Below are positions 1 through 13,949 of a stretch of DNA of 64,000 bases, piece after piece. Each line of letters opens with the position of its first letter. Positions within the stretch are counted from its first letter, which is position 1. The position numbers and the translations under genes are program-made. The stretch comes from Auanema rhodensis (Eukaryota; Animalia; Nematoda), in the NCBI GenBank assembly GCA_964057225.1, contig OZ059896.1:12896001-12960000 (forward strand). Reading direction: 5' to 3'. Under the pieces are notes generated by a model, which had not been told where the DNA came from, ran no database searches, and saw only the letters and a program-made list of their open reading frames with translations.

Positions 1-176
1 TTGAAAACCGCATCTCTTTATCTTTAACGGGAAGCGAGTTACATATAATGTGCACATCACGTGTACAATTAATTAGCATAAATTAAAAATCACGTAAACT
101 TCAAAGTCATGGTTACCATGCACCAATATCAATAAAATTTTGTTCTTAGACTAATATGGACATGGGTTATCTAATT
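1..176 (+). repeat. Representative 176-bp monomer (phase arbitrary, set by window start)
   Basis: The next TTGAAAACCG starts at 177. This copy carries a private AAAAATCACG (consensus AAAGTTCACG) at 85-94. Confidence 0.97.
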
Positions 177-1749
177 TTGAAAACCGCATTTCTTTATCTT
201 TCACGGGAAGCGAGTTACATACCATGTGCACATTACGTGTACATTCAATTAGCATAAATTAAAGTTCACGTAAATTTCAAAGTTATGATTACCATGAACC
301 AATTTCGATTAAAATTTGTTATTAGACTAATATGGACATTAGGAATCTAATTTTGAGAACCGCATTTTTTTATCTTTCACGGGAAGCGAGTTACATACCA
401 TGTGCACATTACGTGTACACTTAATTAGCATAAATTAAAGTTCACGTAAACTTCAAAGTCATGGTTACCATGCACCAATATCAATAAAATTTTGTTATTA
501 GACTAATATGGACATGGGTAATCTAATTTTGAAAACCGCATTTCTTTATCTTTCACGGGAAGCGAGTTACATACCATGTGCACATCACGTGTACAATTAA
601 TTAGCATAAATTAAAGTTCACGTAAATTTCAAAGTCATGGTTACCATGTATCAATATCAATAAAAATTTGTTCTAAGATTAATATGGACATGGTTCATCT
701 AATTTTGAAAACTCTATTTCTTTATCTTTCACGGGAAGCGAGTTACATACCATGTGCACATCACGTGTACAATTAATTAGCATAAATTAAAGTTCACGTT
801 AATTTCAAAGTCATGGTTACCATGTATCAATAAAAATTTGTTATTAGACTAATATAGACATGAGGAATCTAATTTTGAGAACCGCATTTTTTTATCTTTC
901 ACGGGAAGCGAGTTACATACCATGTGCACATTACGTGTACACTTAATTAGCATAAATTAAAGTTCACGTAAACTTCAAAGTCATGGTTACCATGCACCAA
1001 TATCAATAAAATTTTGTTATTAGACTAATATGGACATGGTTCATCTAATTTTGAAAACTCTATTTCTTTATCTTTCACGGGAAGCGAGTTACATACCATG
1101 TGCACATCACGTGTACCATTAATTAGCATAAATTAAAGTTCACGTTAATTTCAAAGTCATGGTTACCATGCACCAATATCAATAAAAATTTGTTCTAAGA
1201 TTAATATGGACATGGTTCATCTAATTTTGAAAACTCTATTTCTTTATCTTTCACGGGAAGCGAGTTACATACCATGTGCACATCACGTGTACAATTAATT
1301 AGCATAAATTAAAGTTCACGTTAATTTCAAAGTCATGGTTACCATGTATCAATAAAAATTTGTTATTAGACTAATATAGACATGAGGAATCTAATTTTGA
1401 AAACCGCATCTCTTTATCTTTAACGGGAAGCGAGTTACATATAATGTGCACATCACGTGTACAATTAATTAGCATAAATTAAAGTTCACGTAAAGTTCAA
1501 AGTCATGGTTACCATGTATCAATAAAAATTTGTTATTAGACTAATATAGACATGAGGAATCTAATTTTGAAAACCGCATCTCTTTATCTTTAACGGGAAG
1601 CGAGTTACATATAATGTGCACATCACGTGTACAATTAATTAGCATAAATTAAAGTTCACGTAAACTTCAAAGTCATGGTTACCATGAACCAATTTCGATT
1701 AAAATTTGTTATTAGACTAATATGGACATTAGGAATCTAATTTTGAGAA

Positions 1750-3145
1750 CCGCATTTTTTTATCTTTCACGGGAAGCGAGTTACATACCATGTGCACATT
1801 ACGTGTACAATTAATTAGCATAAATTAAAGTTCACGTAAATTTCAAAGTTATGATTACCATGAACCAATTTCGATTAAAATTTGTTATTAGACTAATATG
1901 GACATTAGAAATCTAATTTTGAGAACCGCATTTTTTTATCTTTCACGGGAAGCGAGTTACATACCATGTGCACATTACGTGTACACTTAATTAGCATAAA
2001 TTAAAGTTCACGTAAACTTCAAAGTCATGGTTACCATGCACCAATATCAATAAAATTTTGTTATTAGACTAATATGGACATGGGTAATCTAATTTTGAAA
2101 ACCGCATTTCTTTATCTTTCACGGGAAGCGAGTTACATACCATGTGCACATCACGTGTACAATTAATTAGCATAAATTAAAGTTCACGTAAAGTTCAAAG
2201 TCATGGTTACCATGTATCAATAAAAATTTGTTATTAGACTAATATAGACATGAGGAATCTAATTTTGAAAATCGCATCTCTTTATCTTTAACGGGAAGCG
2301 AGTTACATATAATGTGCACATCACGTGTACAATTAATTAGCATAAATTAAAGTTCACGTAAAGTTCAAAGTCATGGTTACCATGCACCAATATCAATAAA
2401 ATTTTGTTCTTAGACTAATATGGACATGGGTTATCTAATTTTGAAAACCGCATTTTTTTATCTTTCACGGGAAGCGAGTTACATACCATGTGCACATTAC
2501 GTGTACAATTAATTAGCATAAATTAAAGTTCACGTAAATTTCAAAGTTATGATTACCATGAACCAATTTCGATTAAAATTTGTTATTAGACTAATATGGA
2601 CATTAGGAATCTAATTTTGAGAACCGCATTTTTTTATCTTTCACGGGAAGCGAGTTACATACCATGTGCACATTACGTGTACACTTAATTAGCATAAATT
2701 AAAGTTCACGTAAACTTCAAAGTCATGGTTACCATGCACCAATATCAATAAAATTTTGTTATTAGACTAATATGGACATGGGTAATCTAATTTTGAAAAC
2801 CGCATTTCTTTATCTTTCACGGGAAGCGAGTTACATACCATGTGCACATCACGTGTACAATTAATTAGCATAAATTAAAGTTCACGTAAAGTTCAAAGTC
2901 ATGGTTACCATGTATCAATAAAAATTTGTTATTAGACTAATATAGACATGAGGAATCTAATTTTGAAAATCGCATCTCTTTATCTTTAACGGGAAGCGAG
3001 TTACATATAATGTGCACATCACGTGTACAATTAATTAGCATAAATTAAAGTTCACGTAAAGTTCAAAGTCATGGTTACCATGCACCAATATCAATAAAAT
3101 TTTGTTCTTAGACTAATATGGACATGGGTTATCTAATTTTGAAAA
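1750..3145 (+). repeat. 4-monomer tandem duplication, 698-bp period
   Basis: AACCAATTTCGATT at 1863 and 2561 (offset 698 = 3x176+170), followed by the same order of monomer types. Ends approximate. Confidence 0.8.
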
Positions 3146-6100
3146 CCGCATTTCTTTATCTTTCACGGGAAGCGAGTTACATACCATGTGCACATCACGT
3201 GTACAATTAATTCGCATGAATTAAAGTTCACGTAAATTTCAAAGTCATGGTTACCATGCACCAATATGAATAAAAATTTGTTATTAGACTAAAATGGACA
3301 TGAGGAATCTAATTTTGAGAACCGCATTTTTTTATCTTTCACGGGAAGCGAGTTACATACCATGTGCACATTACGTGTACAATTAATTAGCATAAATTAA
3401 AGTTCACGTAAATTTCAAAGTTATGATTACCATGAACCAATATCAATAAAAATTTGTTCTAAGATTAATATGGACATGGTTCATCTAATTTTGAAAACTC
3501 TATTTCTTTATCTTTCACGGGAAGCGAGTTACATACCATGTGCACATCACGTGTACAATTAATTAGCATAAATTAAAGTTCACGTTAATTTCAAAGTCAT
3601 GGTTACCATGTATCAATAAAAATTTGTTATTAGACTAATATAGACATGAGGAATCTAATTTTGAAAACCGCATCTCTTTATCTTTAACGGGAAGCGAGTT
3701 ACATATAATGTGCACATCACGTGTACAATTAATTAGCATAAATTAAAGTTCACGTAAAGTTCAAAGTCATGGTTACCATGTATCAATAAAAATTTGTTAT
3801 TAGACTAATATAGACATGAGGAATCTAATTTTGAAAACCGCATCTCTTTATCTTTAACGGGAAGCGAGTTACATATAATGTGCACATCACGTGTACAATT
3901 AATTAGCATAAATTAAAGTTCACGTAAACTTCAAAGTCATGGTTACCATGCACCAATATCAATAAAATTTTGTTATTAGACTAATATGGACATTAGGAAT
4001 CTAATTTTGAGAACCGCATTTTTTTATCTTTCACGGGAAGCGAGTTACATACCATGTGCACATTACGTGTACACTTAATTAGCATAAATTAAAGTTCACG
4101 TAAACTTCAAAGTCATGGTTACCATGCACCAATATCAATAAAATTTTGTTATTAGACTAATATGGACATGGGTAATCTAATTTTGAAAACCGCATTTCTT
4201 TATCTTTCACGGGAAGCGAGTTACATACCATGTGCACATCACGTGTACAATTAATTAGCATAAATTAAAGTTCACGTAAATTTCAAAGTCATGGTTACCA
4301 TGTATCAATAAAAATTTGTTATTAGACTAATATAGACATGAGGAATCTAATTTTGAAAATCGCATCTCTTTATCTTTAACGGGAAGCGAGTTACATATAA
4401 TGTGCACATCACGTGTACAATTAATTAGCATAAATTAAAGTTCACGTAAAGTTCAAAGTCATGGTTACCATGTATCAATAAAAATTTGTTATTAGACTAA
4501 TATAGACATGAGGAATCTAATTTTGAAAATCGCATCTCTTTATCTTTAACGGGAAGCGAGTTACATATAATGTGCACATCACGTGTACAATTAATTAGCA
4601 TAAATTAAAGTTCACGTAAAGTTCAAAGTCATGGTTACCATGCACCAACATCAATAAAATTTTGTTCTTAGACTAATATGGACATGGGTTATCTAATTTT
4701 GAAAACCGCATTTCTTTATCTTTCACGGGAAGCGAGTTACATACCATGTGCACATCACGTGTACAATTAATTCGCATAAATTAAAGTTCACGTAAATTTC
4801 AAAGTCATGGTTACCATGCACCAATATGAATAAAAATTTGTTATTAGACTAAAATGGACATGAGGAATCTAATTTTGAGAACCGCATTTTTTTATCTTTC
4901 ACGGGAAGCGAGTTACATACCATGTGCACATTACGTGTACAATTAATTAGCATAAATTAAAGTTCACGTAAATTTCAAAGTTATGATTACCATGAACCAA
5001 TATCGATTAAAATTTGTTATTAGACTAATATGGACATGAGGAATCTAATTTTGAAAACCGCATTTTTTTATCTTTCACGGGAAGCGAGTTACATACCATG
5101 TGCACATTACGTGTATAATTAATTAGCAGAAATTAAAGTTCACGTAAATTTCAAAGTCATATTACCATGCACCAATATCAATAAAACTTTGTTCTCAGAC
5201 TAATATGGACATGGGTAAACTAATTTTGAGAACCGCATTTCTTTATCTTTCACGGGAAGCGAGTTACATACCATGTGCACATCACGTGTACAATTGATTA
5301 GCATAAATTAAAGTTCACGTAAAGTTCAAAGTCATGGTTACCATGTATCAATAAAAATTTGTTATTAGACTAATATAGACATGAGGAATCTAATTTTGAA
5401 AATCGCATCTCTTTATCTTTAACGGGAAGCGAGTTACATATAATGTGCACATCACGTGTACAATTAATTAGCATAAATTAAAGTTCACGTAAAGTTCAAA
5501 GTCATGGTTACCATGCACCAATATCAATAAAATTTTGTTCTTAGACTAATATGGACATGGGTTATCTAATTTTGAAAACCGCATTTCTTTATCTTTCACG
5601 GGAAGCGAGTTACATACCATGTGCACATCACGTGTACAATTAATTCGCATAAATTAAAGTTCACGTAAATTTCAAAGTCATGGTTACCATGCACCAATAT
5701 GAATAAAAATTTGTTATTAGACTAAAATGGACATGAGGAATCTAATTTTGAGAACCGCATTTTTTTATCTTTCACGGGAAGCGAGTTACATACCATGTGC
5801 ACATTACGTGTACAATTAATTAGCATAAATTAAAGTTCACGTAAATTTCAAAGTTATGATTACCATGAACCAATATCAATAAAAATTTGTTCTAAGATTA
5901 ATATGGACATGGTTCATCTAATTTTGAAAACTCTATTTCTTTATCTTTCACGGGAAGCGAGTTACATACCATGTGCACATCACGTGTACAATTAATTAGC
6001 ATAAATTAAAGTTCACGTTAATTTCAAAGTCATGGTTACCATGTATCAATAAAAATTTGTTATTAGACTAATATAGACATGAGGAATCTAATTTTGAAAA

Positions 6101-9100
6101 CCGCATCTCTTTATCTTTAACGGGAAGCGAGTTACATATAATGTGCACATCACGTGTACAATTAATTAGCATAAATTAAAGTTCACGTAAAGTTCAAAGT
6201 CATGGTTACCATGTATCAATAAAAATTTGTTATTAGACTAATATAGACATGAGGAATCTAATTTTGAAAACCGCATCTCTTTATCTTTAACGGGAAGCGA
6301 GTTACATATAATGTGCACATCACGTGTACAATTAATTAGCATAAATTAAAGTTCACGTAAACTTCAAAGTCATGGTTACCATGCACCAATATCAATAAAA
6401 TTTTGTTATTAGACTAATATGGACATTAGGAATCTAATTTTGAGAACCGCATTTTTTTATCTTTCACGGGAAGCGAGTTACATACCATGTGCACATTACG
6501 TGTACACTTAATTAGCATAAATTAAAGTTCACGTAAACTTCAAAGTCATGGTTACCATGCACCAATATCAATAAAATTTTGTTATTAGACTAATATGGAC
6601 ATGGGTAATCTAATTTTGAAAACCGCATTTCTTTATCTTTCACGGGAAGCGAGTTACATACCATGTGCACATCACGTGTACAATTAATTAGCATAAATTA
6701 AAGTTCACGTAAATTTCAAAGTCATGGTTACCATGTATCAATAAAAATTTGTTATTAGACTAATATAGACATGAGGAATCTAATTTTGAAAATCGCATCT
6801 CTTTATCTTTAACGGGAAGCGAGTTACATATAATGTGCACATCACGTGTACAATTAATTAGCATAAATTAAAGTTCACGTAAAGTTCAAAGTCATGGTTA
6901 CCATGTATCAATAAAAATTTGTTATTAGACTAATATAGACATGAGGAATCTAATTTTGAAAATCGCATCTCTTTATCTTTAACGGGAAGCGAGTTACATA
7001 TAATGTGCACATCACGTGTACAATTAATTAGCATAAATTAAAGTTCACGTAAAGTTCAAAGTCATGGTTACCATGCACCAACATCAATAAAATTTTGTTC
7101 TTAGACTAATATGGACATGGGTTATCTAATTTTGAAAACCGCATTTCTTTATCTTTCACGGGAAGCGAGTTACATACCATGTGCACATCACGTGTACAAT
7201 TAATTCGCATAAATTAAAGTTCACGTAAATTTCAAAGTCATGGTTACCATGCACCAATATGAATAAAAATTTGTTATTAGACTAAAATGGACATGAGGAA
7301 TCTAATTTTGAGAACCGCATTTTTTTATCTTTCACGGGAAGCGAGTTACATACCATGTGCACATTACGTGTACAATTAATTAGCATAAATTAAAGTTCAC
7401 GTAAATTTCAAAGTTATGATTACCATGAACCAATATCGATTAAAATTTGTTATTAGACTAATATGGACATGAGGAATCTAATTTTGAAAACCGCATTTTT
7501 TTATCTTTCACGGGAAGCGAGTTACATACCATGTGCACATTACGTGTATAATTAATTAGCAGAAATTAAAGTTCACGTAAATTTCAAAGTCATATTACCA
7601 TGCACCAATATCAATAAAACTTTGTTCTCAGACTAATATGGACATGGGTAATCTAATTTTGAGAACCGCATTTCTTTATCTTTCACGGGAAGCGAGTTAC
7701 ATACCATGTGCACATCACGTGTACAATTGATTAGCATAAATTAAAGTTCACGTAAAGTTCAAAGTCATGGTTACCATGTATCAATAAAAATTTGTTATTA
7801 GACTAATATAGACATGAGGAATCTAATTTTGAAAATCGCATCTCTTTATCTTTAACGGGAAGCGAGTTACATATAATGTGCACATCACGTGTACAATTAA
7901 TTAGCATAAATTAAAGTTCACGTAAAGTTCAAAGTCATGGTTACCATGCACCAATATCAATAAAATTTTGTTCTTAGACTAATATGGACATGGGTTATCT
8001 AATTTTGAAAACCGCATTTCTTTATCTTTCACGGGAAGCGAGTTACATACCATGTGCACATCACGTGTACAATTAATTCGCATAAATTAAAGTTCACGTA
8101 AATTTCAAAGTCATGGTTACCATGCACCAATATGAATAAAAATTTGTTATTAGACTAAAATGGACATGAGGAATCTAATTTTGAGAACCGCATTTTTTTA
8201 TCTTTCACGGGAAGCGAGTTACATACCATGTGCACATTACGTGTACAATTAATTAGCATAAATTAAAGTTCACGTAAATTTCAAAGTTATGATTACCATG
8301 AACCAATATCAATAAAAATTTGTTCTAAGATTAATATGGACATGGTTCATCTAATTTTGAAAACTCTATTTCTTTATCTTTCACGGGAAGCGAGTTACAT
8401 ATCATGTGCACATCACGTGTACAATTAATTAGCATAAATTAAAGTTCACGTTAATTTCAAAGTCATGGTTACCATGTATCAATAAAAATTTGTTATTAGA
8501 CTAATATAGACATGAGGAATCTAATTTTGAGAACCGCATCTCTTTATCTTTAACGGGAAGCGAGTTACATATAATGTGCACATCACGTGTACAATTAATT
8601 AGCATAAATTAAAGTTCACGTAAAGTTCAAAGTCATGGTTACCATGTATCAATAAAAATTTGTTATTAGACTAATATAGACATGAGGAATCTAATTTTGA
8701 AAACCGCATCTCTTTATCTTTAACGGGAAGCGAGTTACATATAATGTGCACATCACGTGTACAATTAATTAGCATAAATTAAAGTTCACGTAAACTTCAA
8801 AGTCATGGTTACCATGCACCAATATCAATAAAATTTTGTTATTAGACTAATATGGACATTAGGAATCTAATTTTGAGAACCGCATTTTTTTATCTTTCAC
8901 GGGAAGCGAGTTACATACCATGTGCACATTACGTGTACACTTAATTAGCATAAATTAAAGTTCACGTAAACTTCAAAGTCATGGTTACCATGCACCAATA
9001 TCAATAAAATTTTGTTATTAGACTAATATGGACATGGGTAATCTAATTTTGAAAACCGCATTTCTTTATCTTTCACGGGAAGCGAGTTACATACCATGTG

Positions 9101-11828
9101 CACATCACGTGTACAATTAATTAGCATAAATTAAAGTTCACGTAAATTTCAAAGTCATGGTTACCATGTATCAATAAAAATTTGTTATTAGACTAATATA
9201 GACATGAGGAATCTAATTTTGAAAATCGCATCTCTTTATCTTTAACGGGAAGCGAGTTACATATAATGTGCACATCACGTGTACAATTAATTAGCATAAA
9301 TTAAAGTTCACGTAAAGTTCAAAGTCATGGTTACCATGTATCAATAAAAATTTGTTATTAGACTAATATAGACATGAGGAATCTAATTTTGAAAATCGCA
9401 TCTCTTTATCTTTAACGGGAAGCGAGTTACATATAATGTGCACATCACGTGTACAATTAATTAGCATAAATTAAAGTTCACGTAAAGTTCAAAGTCATGG
9501 TTACCATGCACCAACATCAATAAAATTTTGTTCTTAGACTAATATGGACATGGGTTATCTAATTTTGAAAACCGCATTTCTTTATCTTTCACGGGAAGCG
9601 AGTTACATACCATGTGCACATCACGTGTACAATTAATTCGCATAAATTAAAGTTCACGTAAATTTCAAAGTCATGGTTACCATGCACCAATATGAACTAA
9701 AATTTGTTATTAGACTAAAATGGACATGAGGAATCTAATTTTGAGAACCGCATTTTTTTATCTTTCACGGGAAGCGAGTTACATACCATGTGCACATTAC
9801 GTGTACAATTAATTAGCATAAATTAAAGTTCACGTAAATTTCAAAGTTATGATTACCATGAACCAATATCGATTAAAATTTGTTATTAGACTAATATGGA
9901 CATGAGGAATCTAATTTTGAGAACCGCATTTTTTTATCTTTCACGGGAAGCGAGTTACATACCATGTGCACATTACGTGTATAATTAATTAGCAGAAATT
10001 AAAGTTCACGTAAATTTCAAAGTCATATTACCATGCACCAATATCAATAAAACTTTGTTCTCAGACTAATATGGACATGGGTAATCTAATTTTGAGAACC
10101 GCATTTCTTTATCTTTCACGGGAAGCGAGTTACATACCATGTGCACATCACGTGTACAATTGATTAGCATAAATTAAAGTTCACGTAAAGTTCAAAGTCA
10201 TGGTTACCATGTATCAATAAAAATTTGTTATTAGACTAATATAGACATGAGGAATCTAATTTTGAAAATCGCATCTCTTTATCTTCAACGGGAAGCGAGT
10301 TACATATAATGTGCACATCACGTGTACAATTAATTAGCATAAATTAAAGTTCACGTAAAGTTCAAAGTCATGGTTACCATGCACCAATATCAATAAAATT
10401 TTGTTCTTAGACTAATATGGACATGGGTTATCTAATTTTGAAAACCGCATTTCTTTATCTTTCACGGGAAGCGAGTTACATACCATGTGCACATCACGTG
10501 TACAATTAATTCGCATAAATTAAAGTTCACGTAAATTTCAAAGTCATGGTTACCATGCACCAATATGAATAAAAATTTGTTATTAGACTAAAATGGACAT
10601 GAGGAATCTAATTTTGAGAACCGCATTTTTTTATCTTTCACGGGAAGCGAGTTACATACCATGTGCACATTACGTGTACAATTAATTAGCATAAATTAAA
10701 GTTCACGTAAATTTCAAAGTTATGATTACCATGAACCAATATCAATAAAAATTTGTTCTAAGATTAATATGGACATGGTTCATCTAATTTTGAAAACTCT
10801 ATTTCTTTATCTTTCACGGGAAGCGAGTTACATACCATGTGCACATCACGTGTACAATTAATTAGCATAAATTAAAGTTCACGTTAATTTCAAAGTCATG
10901 GTTACCATGTATCAATAAAAATTTGTTATTAGACTAATATAGACATGAGGAATCTAATTTTGAAAACCGCATCTCTTTATCTTTAACGGGAAGCGAGTTA
11001 CATATAATGTGCACATCACGTGTACAATTAATTAGCATAAATTAAAGTTCACGTAAAGTTCAAAGTCATGGTTACCATGTATCAATAAAAATTTGTTATT
11101 AGACTAATATAGACATGAGGAATCTAATTTTGAAAACCGCATCTCTTTATCTTTAACGGGAAGCGAGTTACATATAATGTGCACATCACGTGTACAATTA
11201 ATTAGCATAAATTAAAGTTCACGTAAAGTTCAAAGTCATGGTTACCATGCACCAATATCAATAAAATTTTGTTATTAGACTAATATGGATATTGAGAATC
11301 TAATTTTGAGAACCGCATTTTTTTATCTTTCACGGGAAGCGAGTTACATACCATGTGCACATTACGTGTACACTTAATTAGCATAAATTAAAGTTCACGT
11401 AAACTTCAAAGTCATGGTTACCATGCACCAATATCAATAAAATTTTGTTATTAGACTAATATGGACATGGGTAATCTAATTTTGAAAACCGCATTTCTTT
11501 ATCTTTCACGGGAAGCGAGTTACATACCATGTGCACATCACGTGTACAATTAATTAGCATAAATTAAAGTTCACGTAAATTTCAAAGTCATGGTTACCAT
11601 GTATCAATAAAAATTTGTTATTAGACTAATATAGACATGAGGAATCTAATTTTGAAAATCGCATCTCTTTATCTTTAACGGGAAGCGAGTTACATATAAT
11701 GTGCACATCACGTGTACAATTAATTAGCATAAATTAAAGTTCACGTAAAGTTCAAAGTCATGGTTACCATGTATCAATAAAAATTTGTTATTAGACTAAT
11801 ATAGACATGAGGAATCTAATTTTGAAAA
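2864..11828 (+). repeat. Higher-order repeat: 14 monomers, 2433 bp, about 3.7 near-identical copies
   Basis: TTCGCAT marker at 3211, 4771, 5644, 7204, 8077, 9637, 10510, with spacings alternating 1560 and 873 (sum 2433). AGCAGAAA marker at 5125, 7558, 9991 (spacing 2433). 1560 = 5x176+4x170; 873 = 3x176+175+170. Confidence 0.95.
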
Positions 11829-13949
11829 CCGCATCTCTTTATCTTTAACGGGAAGCGAGTTACATATAATGTGCACATCACGTGTACAATTAATTAGCAT
11901 AAATTAAAGTTCACGTAAACTTCAAAGTCATGGTTACCATGCACCAATATCAATAAAATTTTGTTATTAGACTAATATGGACATTAGGAATCTAATTTTG
12001 AGAACCGCATTTTTTTATCTTTCACGGGAAGCGAGTTACATACCATGTGCACATCACGTGTACAATTAATTCGCATAAATTAAAGTTCACGTAAATTTCA
12101 AAGTCATGGTTACCATGCACCAATATGAATAAAAATTTGTTATTAGACTAAAATGGACATGAGGAATCTAATTTTGAGAACCGCATTTTTTTATCTTTCA
12201 CGGGAAGCGAGTTACATACCATGTGCACATTACGTGTACAATTAATTAGCATAAATTAAAGTTCACGTAAATTTCAAAGTTATGATTACCATGCACCAAT
12301 ATGAATAAAAATTTGTTATTAGACTAATATGGACATGGGTTATCTAATTTTGAAAACCGCATTTCTTTATCTTTCACGGGAAGCGAGTTACATACCATGT
12401 GCACATCACGTGTACAATTAATTCGCATAAATTAAAGTTCACGTAAATTTCAAAGTCATGGTTACCATGCACCAATATGAATAAAAATTTGTTATTAGAC
12501 TAAAATGGACATGAGGAATCTAATTTTGAGAACCGCATTTTTTTATCTTTCACGGGAAGCGAGTTACATACCATGTGCACATTACGTGTACAATTAATTA
12601 GCATAAATTAAAGTTCACGTAAATTTCAAAGTTATGATTACCATGAACCAATATCGATTAAAATTTGTTATTAGACTAATATGGACATGAGGAATCTAAT
12701 TTTGAGAACCGCATTTTTTTATCTTTCACGGGAAGCGAGTTACATACCATGTGCACATTACGTGTATAATTAATTAGCAGAAATTAAAGTTCACGTAAAT
12801 TTCAAAGTCATATTACCATGCACCAATATCAATAAAACTTTGTTCTCAGACTAATATGGACATGGGTAATCTAATTTTGAGAACCGCATTTCTTTATCTT
12901 TTACGGGAAGCGAGTTACATACCATGTGCACATCACGTGTACAATTGATTAGCATAAATTAAAGTTCACGTAAAGTTCAAAGTCATGGTTACCATGTATC
13001 AATAAAAATTTGTTATTAGACTAATATAGACATGAGGAATCTAATTTTGAAAATCGCATCTCTTTATCTTTAACGGGAAGCGAGTTACATATAATGTGCA
13101 CATCACGTGTACAATTAATTAGCATAAATTAAAGTTCACGTAAAGTTCAAAGTCATGGTTACCATGCACCAATATCAATAAAATTTTGTTCTTAGACTAA
13201 TATGGACATGGGTTATCTATTTTTGAAAACCGCATTTCTTTATCTTTCACGGGAAGCGAGTTACATACCATATGCACATCACGTGTACAATTAATTCGCA
13301 TAAATTAAAGTTCACGTAAATTTCAAAGTCATGGTTACCATGCACCAATATGAATAAAAATTTGTTATTAGACTAAAATGGACATGAGGAATCTAATTTT
13401 GAGAACCGCATTTTTTTATCTTTCACGGGAAGCGAGTTACATACCATGTGCACATCACGTGTACAATTGATTAGCATAAATTAAAGTTCACGTAAAGTTC
13501 AAAGTCATGGTTACCATGCACCAATATCAATACAAAATTGTTCTTAGACTAATATGAACATGGGTAATCTAATTTTGAAAACCGCATCTCTTTATCTTTA
13601 ACGGGAAGCGAGTTACATATAATGTGCACATTACGTGTACAATTAATTAGCATAAATTAAAGTTCACGTAAATTTCAAAGTTATGATTACCATGAACCAA
13701 TATCGATTAAAATTTGTTATTAGACTAATATGGACATGAGGAATCTAATTTTGAGAACCGCATTTTTTTATCTTTCACGGGAAGCGAGTTACATACCATG
13801 TGCACATTACGTGTACAATTAATTAGCAGAAATTAAAGTTCACGTAAATTTCAAAGTCATATTACCATGCACCAATATCAATAAAACTTTGTTCTCAGAC
13901 TAATATGGACATGGGTAATCTAATTTTGAGAACCGCATTTCTTTATCTT

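Larger units (their letters stand above)
1..13750 (+). repeat. Sub-domain A: variant set CATATAATG, GTTATGATT, GCATTTTTTT, AATTCGCAT, ACTCTAT
   Basis: These variants are dense up to about 13.7 kb. They are absent from 14-53.4 kb except in two chimeric monomers, and most reappear at 53.5-54.7 kb. Boundary approximate. Confidence 0.85.

Noticed and set aside
130-137. AATAAA polyadenylation signal or promoter-like AT motifs in each monomer
   Set aside because: Expected by chance in 68% AT DNA, and there is no gene context.
1-176. 5S rRNA, tRNA or snRNA tandem gene unit
   Set aside because: There is no recognisable 5S or snRNA sequence, cloverleaf or pol III A/B/C boxes, and it is too AT-rich. 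An Rfam/Infernal search would confirm.
192-208. CENP-B-box-like motif CTTTATCTTTCACGGGA
   Set aside because: Only 6 of the 9 essential positions of NTTCGNNNNANNCGGGN match; the first CG and the central A are missing.
256-289. Internal 16-17 bp sub-repeat (AAATTAAAGTTCACGT / AAATTTCAAAGT...) as a relic of monomer origin
   Set aside because: The match is short, imperfect and low-complexity; I cannot distinguish it from chance without a shuffled self-alignment test.
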